A stretch of 64,000 nucleotides of DNA from Chrysomallon squamiferum (GCA_012295275.1 CM022679.1:12214001-12278000); one strand, 5' to 3'; positions 11,944 through 24,909 are shown, counted from the stretch's first letter. Numbers and translations are program-made. Notes: a model not told the origin generated them from the letters alone.

Positions 11944-14392
11944 GTATATTCCTTTAACAATACGTTCCTCGCTTAGATTACCTTGCCAAGAAATCAACAT
12001 GCCTATATATTCGCATATTTATGTACATTTTAATGAAACATACCTCCATATTCATAGACATTCATAAATCCGGATGAGCCAGAGGGTATAACCTCATAAA
12101 CCGGTGCAAGCTGCTGACTGTGGTAGAATCTCACGTTGTTCTGGTATACTGGGTGACCTTAAGAAGAAAAAACAATTGTGAGAGCATATATACAAAGAAA
12201 TTACAGCAACAATAACAAAATAATAATACCTTGTACAGTTTTGTAATATTAAAAACAATTGTGATTAACGCGAGTAGAAAATTCTATACAAATTTTTCAC
12301 TTTTTTATAATTATATAATCTAATATTACCTGTGGAATAAAATAATAAAGATATCTTTAATTTTAAACACCTTATTCACTAACAGAATACAAGTTCGATA
12401 TTCGGATCGTCAGAATGATAAATGAACCATTATGAGCTGGACAATGCTATTATTTTATCTAGATAGAGACAAAAGCATACGTATTATGGTTATTACAGAA
12501 AATATTTATAATTATAGAAATTAAATTAAAGTTGATGTTTCTTTTAATATGATTCTATTGTCCCACCTGACAATAAATAAATGTTTTCCTTTTAACAATC
12601 TGAGGTCCACGGGTACCCTGTATAGATTTTAAATTTAAAATAAAAAAATAAAAAATAAAATAAAATAAAATAAATAAATAAAATCAGTAATAATCAAACA
12701 CCTGTCCGTTTCGAGTGTTAGATCTATTTCCACTCTTAAGCTACTGCTTGTCCGATTTCGCAATCGGAATTTGTCGTCTTGGACGGCTAAGCAGTGTTAA
12801 CATCGGATGTCGTTTCATTCTGCCAGCATTTGCAAGTTGCTGATCCCAAGTCGAAGTTTGGCCAAATGTTTGTACCGGTTTTAACAAACTCGCCAGATTC
12901 AATATCGACTTAAATGTTGTTGTTTTTTTGGAAGCCTATTTAAACTTTAAAAATCGAATAGGTCGAATTTTTGTTCGTTTGAACCGATTTTATTTTTTAA
13001 TGACAACAACGAAATTTTACAAACCTGGTACAGTCCTATCTGGCATTGCCCTCTGTGCACCAATCTGATCCACCCGAAAAGCAGATCCTGGACGCCCATA
13101 GTAATATCCCGCGGGTGGTGGTGGGGTGTACACACCTGGTGCATCCACCCATAATCCATTGCTGCTGACCTTTGGCAGTCCTCTCGGATCTATCTGACTA
13201 AGTGTGGATTGATGGGATTGCCGACCAGAGTCTGATGGCGATAAACTGTGAAATGTTTTCTTTTCTCTACTCCTCGATTTTCTTTTAGATCTGAAAACAG
13301 AGTTGGCTGCGTATAAAAACTGTGTAGTAAAAAGCAAAGAGCACGTAAATCAATATCTATGTGCATCGTTTCTTTATTCTCAAGTACCACTATTTCTAAA
13401 TGCATTTCTCGCCACCTTTCCATTTCTGTTTCTCTTTACTCTCTCTCATTCTATCCCTTCTCTCTCTTTCACCATATCTTTCCCTCACACACTTTCTCGA
13501 CGTCTATAGGCATTCACCATTGATTTTCTGAATGAATAAAATTCCAATTTAATAATATTAAAAATTACGCTCTATTTCCTGTCCTCTAATGATTTTACTA
13601 GTTAAGTAATAAATCTAATTTGTCAAGCTTGAATTGTTCCAATTAGAATGGTTTATTAAATATAAATGTGCTTTGTGTTTATATTAGGATAAAGTTAGTG
13701 TAATGGTTTATCAATCACGAATTTTATTTTTAGTGTGATATAGAATTTTAAATATTTGGAGTTGTAAATTATTTAAATTGGAGTTATTTGTCATTTAAAA
13801 CCTTTAGTTCCAATCAGTTCTGTTTTATTATTATTTAGATGACAACTCTGATGTAATTGATATAATTGTTATTTTAAAACAAAGTCAGTATTTACTCCTG
13901 TAGTACAGTAACACAGATTTGTTTCAAGGAATGTTTTATATATGTATCTTCACGAAGATAGGAAAGTCCGTGCCATAGTCTTTAACAAATCAGTGGTGAG
14001 ATGCTGTTGTAATGAGAAATCATCGCTACTTAGGAGGTCAGTAGCTCAGTTATGATCTCTCATCACCGAGAAACCTCTTCTACATTACAATATATAAAAA
14101 TAAAAAACATGTTGTATCTATTTATAACCCCAATATTAGTATATTCGTCATCGTCTATACCGTTATCACCGTTATTGTCAACTTCAGCACCATCGTAATA
14201 GTCAAGTAAATATCAACGCCATCACCATTGGCATCGTTATATGACGACACATTAATTCCGAAAATAATTGTTATCAGAAAAGTGTACTTACCCACAAGAA
14301 ATGTAAATGATGCAGGCAATAATCGCTACGAGCAAAACTCCCCCGGCAACGCAGCCACCGATGATAGCAGCTAATTCCGTGTCCACCGCCAT
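6328..14392 (-). CDS. Gene A: spliced CDS join(14392-14292,13290-13025,12157-12044,11768-10812,8972-8865,6335-6328). About 517-aa uncharacterised type III single-pass membrane protein with a disordered, Tyr-motif-rich cytoplasmic tail
   Basis: All five introns are GT-AG and phase-compatible (2,1,1,1,1). Lengths 101+266+114+957+108+8 = 1554 nt = 517 codons + TAA. Exons are visibly more GC-rich than their flanks. Confidence 0.8.
6620..6792. mobile_element. Possible remnant of a TTAA-ended non-autonomous DNA element
   Basis: Ends in ...gcagaaacttttgggttgaacattcctttaa. The ttaaagg...cctttaa end style is typical of Kolobok-like MITEs. The other end is unclear. Confidence 0.25.
8865..8972 (-). CDS. 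Gene A coding exon 5 (108 nt, phase 1-1)
   Basis: Acceptor attacttctag|GT and donor GCAG|gtaaga. Encodes GKNITAEAFQFLDHYLSDDETVESPPTSPTPESGFA. Confidence 0.85.
10812..11768 (-). CDS. Gene A coding exon 4 (957 nt, phase 1-1)
   Basis: Acceptor ttctaacttag|AT and donor AAAG|gtaaat. Open frame DLNHSRSRLLERDSADRHRRDGKKLKRSQSD...EKSTSVERPVDVSVRPK...HDDLGVK, which extends ORF 10798..11442 upstream by 108 codons. Confidence 0.9.
12044..12157 (-). CDS. Gene A coding exon 3 (114 nt, phase 1-1)
   Basis: Acceptor tttttcttcttaag|GT and donor GGAG|gtatgt. Encodes GHPVYQNNVRFYHSQQLAPVYEVIPSGSSGFMNVYEYG. Absent from the ORF track. Confidence 0.85.
13025..13290 (-). CDS. Gene A coding exon 2 (266 nt, phase 2-1): polybasic plus Pro/Gly/Tyr segment
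   Basis: Acceptor tctgttttcag|A and donor CCAG|gtttgt. Encodes SKRKSRSREKKTF...DAPGVYTPPPPAGYYYGRPG...DRTVP, within ORF 13017..13337. Confidence 0.85.
13925..14020 (-). mobile_element. Decayed SINE central-domain fragment
   Basis: caaggaatgttttatatatgtatcttcacgaagataggaaagtccgtgccatagtctttaacaaatcagt aligns by eye to the reverse complement of the core seen at 46298-46368. Confidence 0.4.
14292..14392 (-). CDS. Gene A first coding exon: N-terminal transmembrane helix (whole exon 14292-14403, including 11 nt of 5' UTR)
   Basis: Acceptor ttttgttgcgcag|GTAACTGAGTA ATG G has an in-frame TGA just upstream and a good Kozak context. Encodes MAVDTELAAIIGGCVAGGVLLVAIIACIIYISC. Donor GG|gtaagt. Confidence 0.9.
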
Positions 14393-14565
14393 TACTCAGT
14401 TACCTGCGCAACAAAAAGACAGCTGTGTGAATACATCTGATCATTTGTCATTCATTTATAATTGATTTCGCTGTGCTGGGAAAAAGCCCGCAGGACAGAA
14501 TAGCGAAAAGTCTCACAAGAAAACATGTAATAATAATAATAATAATAATAGTAATAGTAATAGTA

Positions 14566-14618
<53 letters not shown>

Positions 14619-15464
14619 TAATAATAAGTAATAAAATATTCGGGAACAAGTGTAAGCCAATTAAGTTAATTAATACAAATAAAAACAGACCTATTATTAT
14701 TTACTGACATTTTTCTAAGCTCAGTAAAATAAATTTTAAGAACGATGAAGAAAAGAAAAAGAAAGAAAAATTATAGAGAGAAAAAGAAGCAAGAAAATGA
14801 ATTTTAAAAAAGAAACAAAATATTTTTTCCTAAACATAAATAACCCGTTTTATAAAGTATATACATCTACAAATTATGTAAAACATGCTATTCACATTTA
14901 AGAACAATCGACTGTGTAATAACTGTGTACAAGGAAATTTTAACTACATGAGGACATTTCTGGACAAAAAGCTTTTATCAAAAAAGTCTTTAAAAACATT
15001 GCTTAGTTCAAAATGTTCAGAATAATTTTTCAGAAATTGCTGAATTTTTAGAAAGGCCATCCCAGTTTTCTGAAAACGGAATTTTCTTAATAAAGAACGA
15101 ATTATAAAACTTCAATAATATAAAATTTACTCGTACATTCATTAACTACATATATAGGCCTACGCAGCGCATGAAGAATTTCAGCCACGTTAAAGGTAAT
15201 TTATTCTCTGTTTCTAGGATATTGGTCAGTTTAATTATAATGGTAGCAGTAATAATGATGGTGGCATTAGTAACAGTAGTAGTTGTTGAATAATAGAAAT
15301 AGTAATTATAGATATGAAGATAAACATTATTGTTGCCGATGTAGACGTAACAGTATTGCGAGTAATATTGAAGTAGCGTAGTTTTGGTACTAGTGCAGTA
15401 ATACCAGGAGTTATCACAACAGTATTAGTGATTGTATAGCGAGAAGTAGTAGTAGTAGTAGTAA

Positions 15465-15506
<42 letters not shown>

Positions 15507-16447
15507 CAGCAGTAGCAGCAGCAGCAGCAGCAGTATTAGTATAATTGTTGAAAAAAATTACTTTCCCATCCTAACCTCCAAAAACATTACAAGTTACCTA
15601 TATCAGATGCAGTTAGGAGCAGTTTGGTTCAGTTTTTAACAGATATCCAATAGGAACAACACCAGTTATCCTAGCATAGCAGTGTCTAACGGCAGTTTTT
15701 TTTAGTAATATTATACAACCGTCCACTTTAACTTTCAGGTTCGACTGTAGCCTCGGTCGATTCGTTATTTTATGCCCTTTTCCACAAACGTGTCAGTGGC
15801 TCAGTTATCCAGGGTGGCCCAAGCAGGAAGCCATAGTACGATTCATTACCGCGACAAGTCTAAATAATTACAGATATAATGGACACCCGGTAGTCAGATT
15901 GTGTTTATCAGTTGGTGCATGTAGGAGGTTGTATTTCATCCGTATATCAAATAACACTTTACTGTCCGGCAGTATCTCGTTACGACATATGAGGTAATAA
16001 GTAAAAATGTTAAGAATGTGACGTAGTGTGGTGTTCAGTTAAAACTAGGTGTGTCATTTGATCCTGATCCATTGCAGGAAAACAACTATTCTTTTCAGTA
16101 AGATATTTATTGTTGTGTATGTTACAGTGTCAAAAAAAGAAAAAAAAAAAAAAGATAATTTAAAGATTGTTAAAACTGTATGAATGTCTGTATACATGCC
16201 TAGTGTGTGTGTGTATAAGTGTGTATGTGTGTGTTGTGTGTGTATATGTGAGTGAGTGTGTGTGTATGACTGTATGTATGAACGTACAAATGTATCAGTA
16301 GGCTTAATTTAGATTTTCTTTAAAATTATTTTTATTTAACGATTCCAAATAGCAAGAGAAATTGTTTTTAAATAAATGAACCAAATATTTTATTTGACAG
16401 TTGTAGAATAGTAAAATAATAATAACAAGTTATAATTGCATCCGTGA

Positions 16448-16521
16448 ATCACGACTGGTATTCATTTGTGTGGGATGATGCAGTGTGAAACATCTCTCAG
16501 TCGGATTGGCGACAATGGTTT
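16448..16521 (+). mobile_element. Decayed SINE central-domain fragment
   Basis: cacgactggtat...tgtgtgggatgatgcagtgtgaaacatctct...tggcgacaatggttt resembles the same SINE core as 46298-46368. Confidence 0.35.
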
Positions 16522-19239
16522 TGAGAAGTAATCATAATAAAAATATACATGTTTGACACTTAATAACCGTTAATAATAGAACACGCAGGTGACGTTACAT
16601 ATTCATTTTCAGTAAGTGCATATAAAGGGTTGTTTAAAAAGTTTATTCAGAAAAAAAAACGAAAAAAAAAACTGTCATGAAAGAGAAAAACGAATATATT
16701 GTCTTGCTAAAAACTGATTTTGTCGATATATATTTAAATACTTGTACAAAACATTTCTTTGTTATTCCACCCACCTCGACTACCACTAAAAATGTTATCA
16801 ACTAGGTCTCCTAGGGTTCAGAATCACTGACGATTCATCATATGCGCATTTTAATAAAATATGTCTAAATGTGTATTTTCCCGAAGCAACGTTATTATTA
16901 TTATTATTATTATTGTTGTTTTTTTTTTTCATAACTTAAAATGGATAGCAGAATACATATTGCAAGATGGATAAAAAAAATGAAACTTTCATGAATGTAT
17001 TTCCAGAAAGTGAAATATTTTTAAAGCAAATGTTCTTTATTAATATTAAAAACCTCAGTTTGCTGTATACCACAATATTTTCTTTGTTGCTGGGAAAGAA
17101 ATGTTTTAACCTTTAGGCTATTCTTTCAGTTCTTACAATACCTGCACTTAGGATTCCTCAAACAGTATTTAACATAAACTCACGTGTATACATTTTCTGC
17201 TTGAACGGATTTAAAGTAACCGACAAAGCCAGAAGTTTGTTAGTGTAAGATTTAGAGCAATTGTGTCAACAATATATGCAACCTGGGTTAAATCAAGAGA
17301 CCAGAGAGAGTTACGAGTATACACTCGATGATAGCAGTAAAATCTTGTCCAAATCATGCTACATTCTTTAACATAAACAGTAAAAGATAGTTTGGTAGTA
17401 ACATAAAATTATCTTCAACAGACAAACTAGTAAGAAACAAAGGTGACAAACGAGAAAATTTGGCTCTTATTCTTGCTTTGTGTTAATAGTTTTACGTCGT
17501 TGTTACCATTAATGTTATCCACTACATTAATTAGAATTATTTTAGCAGATGATGTTTTTATCAGAAGAACTAAGTTAGGGCAACAGAAAATACAGCAACT
17601 AATACTATTTCTACAACGATATTCATCGGTTTACTTTTCAAACTCATTATTTTATCATTTGTACATTACTTGGTCTGGTATTTAAAACTAATTAGTTCTG
17701 GGGTTAATTTTCAAGAAAAAAATATCTCATACGCCATCTCTTTTCATAGGATTACAAACATTTGTTCAAACACTGTTTTAACAGCTGTGAAGTCAGAGAC
17801 TTGTTTGCTTTTTGTCTCTGTCAATGCAACGTGAATCTTCTCTGATGAAGAGAAGAATTTGACCTTTGGATATAATAGGTCAACAGATGCTGCATATTTG
17901 GAAAGACAAAGGATGAAACAGGAATGCATGGCTGGGAATCATTTCTCAGAACACCGAAGAAGAAGAAAACGTTTACCTCTGGCAATTTTTTAAAAGTAAA
18001 CTTACCCCCACCATGTTGTGTTCAGTTATTTGAGTTACACTTTTATCATAATAATGGAGAAATTATATCAAGTTCAAAAAGCAATAATCATAATAATAGC
18101 ACGTAGCAATATTAGTTCAGTTATTTATGAACAACTGATAATAAACAGATATCGGTATAATCAGAATATGTAAATTCCACAAACAACAATTTACCCTACG
18201 TTGGCAAATAAAAAAAAAAAAAAAAAAACCCCATTATTTAATGAACTATCTTAACAGTTTTAAAGAAGAAAAAATAAACGTACTATGTATGTAAGAAAAT
18301 AATTATATTATCAAATATTTTCACACATTCAAACAAAGAGTTTTAAAAACAGTATAATCGTTGGAGTTGATAAGACTCCAAGGCTAACATTTAACATGCA
18401 CGAAATCCTGTTCAGCTTGGTCAAATCTGGACTTTTTTTCCTTTGCTAAAACCCGACCAGTCTGCTTTGACTGTCAGGATATTTGTCAAACTTCGTGATG
18501 CGAGGATAAACTCGACTTTGGCGTTTTCACAATCCGATTCTTCAGTAATCGGATTCCACACAAACAGGAATTTCAAGGCTTTTGGCTTGGCGTCATTATC
18601 CCCTACCGTCATTATACTGGAAAAACACGTTGCCTTACAGAAATAAATTAGAGTCGCATAATATCATTAGGACACAAAAATAGACCAGAAGGCCGTTAAT
18701 AATGATATTAACGATACACTGTGTGGGTTTTTTTAAAAATGAAAATAAACAATAAATAAACATACATATTATTCAAAAATAAATAAAATAATAAATATAA
18801 CAGAATAAAATATATATATAAATATAAAAAACAAAAATAAAAATATAAAAACAGCTATATCCATTGCTAAAACTTACTAATCGATTATTAGTGTTTTTGC
18901 TCCTGAATCCTACTGGAACCTGTGCAACTCTTGACTTAGGTAAAGAGATTTAGTAAAGAGTCAGTTATTAAATATTATAAACGTTTTTTGAAAATACATT
19001 TTATTCTAATGAAAACGTTTTAAAATACATATTATTCTAATAACAGATTTTATGACAAATGTTTTCAACACTGTTTTTAAATGACTGTTAAAAGACCTTG
19101 TTTTGAATATGTTAGAATACATTGTCGTAAAATATTATTACGCTCATGATCAATCGCTGGTGCTTCCACTGAGTTTTCCCTTTCGGCAAATGTGCCACAG
19201 AATGTAGTATGTACTTTCCTATCACTGAGAAAATATATA

Positions 19240-19550
19240 CAGGTTGGGAGAATCATTTATACTAAATGCGTGGGAACGGAAATGTTTCGGATTTCGGAAT
19301 ATTCGAATTTTAGAATAGAAGCAGATAGCATGAGAATAGAATCTACGTCTAAATATGAATTCCATTTATTTTTCGTATTCAGCTTACACAAATAATCGGC
19401 AGGATTTCTTAAAATAATATTTTTAATAATTTTATACATAAAATGCGGTTTGTATACGCAAAGAAGTTCGAAAATTCTAAGACATTATTATTTCTGTTGC
19501 TCGGAAAAAGATTCGAATTTTGGAATTTCGAATTTCGGATCCTCAACCCG
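19240..19550. mobile_element. Tigger/pogo-family MITE (~311 bp), Tigger4/Zombi(MER46)-like
   Basis: Ends TA|CAGGTTG... and ...CTCAACCCG|TT form a degenerate TIR with a TA target site. Subterminal TTTCGGA/TTCGAAT repeats occur at both ends. The internal sequence resembles the recalled Tigger4 consensus. Confidence 0.7.
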
Positions 19551-20565
19551 TTCACAATTCTTCCACGTCAGTTGATAAGTACGGCAATGCAGGTACCGAA
19601 GCGATTGTTTTTAAATTTTTATGTTACTGTTATGCAAATTGCTTTAGATACGACGCAGCAAAATGTTTAGATTAAATGTGTTAAAGCGTTGTAAAACATT
19701 AAATCAATTGTTGTGTGTTGGAATGATGAAAATTGCACTTTTACTGAAAGAATTCTCAATATTGGAGACAAATGTCGCTCGACACAGCCTACTTTGTTTT
19801 AATGTAACGATTACCAAGCCAAGATCTGATCACACTGTTTAGTCTCAGACCTCAGTTTGTTCCGATTTTGGCGAGCACATGGAAAAGTTATATTTGAATC
19901 TCCATTTGCAAATAGGACCGACACAAACAAAGAAACAACCTAAAAAAAGGCAACGATCGATGACACACTGAACTTTTGGAACAAACTGAGTGTGTATTTT
20001 ATTAATGATTATTAAATGTTTATACCTTATATTTCCAGTTATCTACATATTTATGAGATGCACTTATACACACATACGCAGACCACCCCATACACACAGA
20101 CTAGAATATATATCACTGCTTATTTCTATTCACTTACTCCTATTATCGCCATCTAAACAAATCATACTTCAGCTCATTTTAGACTGTTTTAACTCGCTTT
20201 ATAATTATATTTTACAATTTCTATTATTTTTTGGTTATTTGACTCTGTTGCTGCTTCCGTTGTTACTTTTACTACAAGGACATTCTAACAGTATCTGCAA
20301 TTGCCGACATAACCGATAATATTTCTGCCGCTATTACAGCTACTAGTAATGAGTAATATAATTACTACTATCAAAAAACCAGCATTATCACCGCTACTGC
20401 TACTGCTACTATTACTACTGCTGCAATTATTTCTACTATTGCTACTACCTCTCTGCTGGGGCTACTACTGCCATTGCTACTATTAGATCTACAGCTGCCG
20501 CTTCTTTCATTATTACTTATTATTAGGCAGGGCAATTATTCTGCTGCTGTTGAACTACTGCAAAT

Positions 20566-20576
20566 ACTACTACTAT

Positions 20577-20645
<69 letters not shown>
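20566..20645. repeat. (TAC)n microsatellite within a larger CTA/CTG-rich low-complexity block (20330-20710)
   Basis: Seen directly. It generates the poly-L, poly-Y and poly-S ORFs in the track. Confidence 0.95.
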
Positions 20646-20893
20646 CTGTTACAATTACTGGTATACTACTACCGCTACCACTATTATTACTGCAACTACA
20701 GCTACTGCTGTCATCAAAAAAAGAAACACTTATTATTTCTATTATCGCCACGAACAAATTTAATACACAACCAGTCTTACAATAAATTATGGATGGTAAA
20801 AATAAGATGGAAAACAAATTAAAAGGGAAAAGCTAATTATTAAAGTTTGCTCGCCCCTGACCACCGTGGTGTGTATATTTACATCGGCCTGTT

Positions 20894-20992
20894 GAGATAC
20901 AGGTTAGTTTGACGTCCATTCATCAACACTTTGAAGTTGTGTGGCCTGAAGGCAAGGTGTTGATGAATGGACGTCAAACTAACCTCTATCTT
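20894..20992. other. Near-perfect inverted repeat / hairpin (~40-bp stem, 19-nt loop)
   Basis: AGGTTAGTTTGACGTCCATTCATCAACAC (20901-20929) is the exact reverse complement of 20957-20985. The stem extends outward with 1 mismatch and inward with a G:T pair. Confidence 0.95.
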
Positions 20993-21316
20993 ATCACTTG
21001 TTTATGTCCACTTACACACAGTGCGAGATATCGCTAGATGAATTACCGTATGTTTGCAAACTGTGTGGAGAAACATCTCTCTCATCTGTGGCAAGCACGG
21101 ACGGTCAAGTTTAGAAACAGACACCCCAGTCTTTACAGTCTCTTAGATGTTTAGATATGAAATACTGATCATTTCTAAATACAAATCCGAGATAAATTTT
21201 GAAATTTTATTTTTACTGAATGAGAAAGAGCGACAGTGTGTGTATGTATGTATATGTACATGTGTCTGCGTGAGTGTGCGTGTGCGTCTGTATGTGTGTG
21301 CGTGTATGTGCGTGTA

Positions 21317-21398
<82 letters not shown>

Positions 21399-24300
21399 TT
21401 TACTGTTACAGAAGTTAACAATTTGTACTTGTACATAATATTATACATGCATATAAACTGGACACGTACCTTATTGAATCTCAGTAAACATATTTCCAAA
21501 TAAATTACTAAATCAACAGGAAAAGAGACAAGAAAATGAAAGCCTCTAACCAGGCCGACAGCTTCTGCTACTACAAGTTACGGAATAGTACTGTGTAGTG
21601 TTATGCTCGGACAACCTGCTACTACACTGTAAGTCGGTGGAGAATGTCATCTGACAGCCATAATTCGAATACCTGACGACACATACATGTTTATTTGTGG
21701 CCGCTCAGCGTGCGAGATGACTTTCTGAGAAGGGTTAAGAAGCTGTTTATAGCTGGCCCAATGTTAAGAAGGTAAATGCGTCTTTCGTCTTTTATCTTCT
21801 TCTTTTCTTCATGAAATTGATTTAGATAATTCTGAGATATTTTAAGACATGTTTTAACCTGCTGTTTTTCGTCTGCTTAAGATTAGATTTACGCGAAAAA
21901 TAAAAAAAAAAAAATAAAAAAGAAAAGAGAGAGAAAAATGAAGAAGAAAAAGTAAATAAATATTTGTTAACAGAAATCATAAAATATTTCGAAATGTCTT
22001 GTTATTTATGTGCGTACATACCTTTTTATTTTCTTAAAGTGTACTTTGTAATATTGAAGTCCAAATACTTTACATATTCCGCCAACTGTTTCACTGTCCT
22101 TATTTATTGTTGCTAATCTTGGCTAATAATAAAGTTACGTCAGTAAACTGATACTTGGGAATGCAGTGAGGCCGATACTAATGTTTTCAAGCTATCTTGA
22201 CAAGGATAATCTGCATACACTGTATCAGTCAGCACACTTATACCGAGCACAGGTAGGAACGAGAAAACGTTATTACTTCTTTTGTTGGTGTAGATGACAT
22301 TATGATTATTAATTAAGATATTCTGAGTTAGTGACATGGAAGTTTTTTCATAATTAAAAAAAAAAAAAAAAAAATAATAATAATAATAATAAATAAATAA
22401 ATAAATGAAAACAACCGAAAAAAAAAAAACAAAAACTAAATGTTACTTTAGAAATGCTGTGTAAATACTTTCTCCGTCTTACATGTTCTCTAATAATAAT
22501 CATATAAAAGCAACAGAAAAACCTGCAGTAAGAACAAGGAATTTGAATACATTTGTATCGTCTGTCCCACACGTGACAGAAATAACTTGGCACCAGATAC
22601 GACATTACCTCAGTGTAACGAGGGTATTTGACAGTAATGCTATCATCCGGTGAAAATTTATATGAAGAACGTTTGGCATAAATTCAGATAAAAAAACAAA
22701 ACAACTATGTATATCTGTGCTAAATTTAGACAGTCAAAATACGCATACATTTTGTGGATGCAAGAAGGCATTATCTTACGCCTATTTAATTATTTCTTAA
22801 TATAATGGAGAATTTGATATATACTTCGTACGTCATTACAATTCTATTTAGAAAAGGAGAAAACAAAAGATCCAAGCGGGTGCACATATACACATACCCA
22901 CACAGACACAACTATGTACATTTCAGAAGTAATGAAAGTAAAAACTGTAATAATGAATTTTTCTAAAGTCTGCGATAAAAATATATCTACTTACGATTTA
23001 TACAGCTAATTGGCTAAAAGTAATTACTGGATATTAAAATGATAAAATAATGCTGTTATACTCTCTGTTGACTGAAGTCTATAATAAATTCCTTCAATTG
23101 TTATTACTTCCACAGTGGATAATCAGTTTGTTGAAGTTTTCCTGTTGCACACAGTGTTTCAATGAACCTATCCAGTGATTCGTGACGTTTCGATATTTGA
23201 TCTCGCATGGAAAACACGATTATTGTTTCATCTGTAGAACCGAAGGTTTCGTGATACACACAGACCTTCAACAACAAATGAAACAGACTACGGTCTTCAT
23301 ATTATAAATCAGTCTAGTGTAAGGTAGTAGAAATTAATCATGTTTGCTGGTTTAAAAAAATATATAAAAAATATATAAACTATAGGATAAAGAGAAAACG
23401 CCCCATCTGTCTTAGAAAAAGGACTATATTTTTTGTGCGTGTCAGTCTGTCGTCTGTTGTAGGTTAGGTGTCGTCTGCCTGGCCACAAATCTTCTGCAGA
23501 TATCACTTGTCGAGTGCAAACATTATATCGAGCAGAAATTATTGGAAAAATCAATAAACGTGTGCAGATAATGGGCCCCGTTGTGCAACAGACATTTTAA
23601 ACAGGCAAATGTGGAAGAAAAACAAAGAAAAAAAAAAACGGGTTTGTTATAATCTTTGAAGCCTTGCATTCTGCGTACAAATATTAATTCTAATTTTAGA
23701 AATGCTGTACCGTATCGCTTCTTATCACATACGCAATAAAAGACGTTCACCGGTTGCCAAGTTTCAGTTCAACGAGTCTATTGTGTTTGGTATTGGCTAA
23801 TATTTAGTTCAGTCTTTTGATTTCAGCAAAAACAAATTGGAGTTCCCAATCGCTAAAGGTGTTTGTTTTTTTCCCATATGTAACAGTCGAAGATTTTTAT
23901 ACATGTGTATTGTATGTTTGTTAAAATTTTTTTCCGAATGAACTCGTGAAAGTCATGCTCTGGTTAAAATGAAGAAGAAATAAAAACGAAGGACAGACAT
24001 ACAGATAGATATGTCAACTAAAATGTATACACTCGGACACACGTATACATGTACTTATTACACTGGCAATAATAATGCATGCAGGCTACATTTCTTTTCA
24101 TTAACAGTATTTCGTGCAATTACAGACATTTTAGAATCACCTTCGACGGTCTGAGTAAATCATTGAAAAATTGCCATATACTCTATTATGCTTTTTATTT
24201 ACTGTTATTTCATTCTTTTACTCTACTTTTTTATATTTTTATCTTCGATATTACGTCACAATAAAAACAAATGCTTTCATGCATCTACTCGAATTTATTA

Positions 24301-24718
24301 TTTTGTTAAACATTAGCAGTATCACTGTCATTATCAAATATAGGTAAAAAAATAAAATGTTTACTTGTAATAAGCAAACTATGTTTAGGTTTTTATTTCG
24401 TCCTTTTAGCGAAAATTGCATATTTATACATTTTAAGCTTAAAATATTTTCTCTGTCACGTTGAGTGGTGTATGCTAATTTATCATTGTTAATAAATGCA
24501 ACATAGAAAACATCTAATTCCCTTTCTATCCCTCCTCTTTTCTGCTTATTTGAGCATAAAATCATTTCTAGAGACATCTTAAGTTACACAGGTAATCCAT
24601 TGTATACATAAGTATAATTATTTACCTAAATGCTTAGCAATAGTAAACTGGAGATAAGCGTCAAATAAACCAAACATTTTTATTAAAAGGTTTGGTTAAC
24701 ATTTTGAAAAGGTTTGAC

Positions 24719-24909
<191 letters not shown>

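Noticed and set aside
12740-12800. Possible intronic RNA structure (CTGCTT/AAGCAG, GTCC/GGAC, CCGATT/AATCGG)
   Set aside because: The stems are only 4-6 bp and are expected by chance.
18421-18617. 63-aa ORF MTVGDNDAKPK... after a good - strand acceptor (tttttccag)
   Set aside because: No recognisable homology, TM segment or clear donor. It may be a UTR or non-coding exon but cannot be supported as a CDS.
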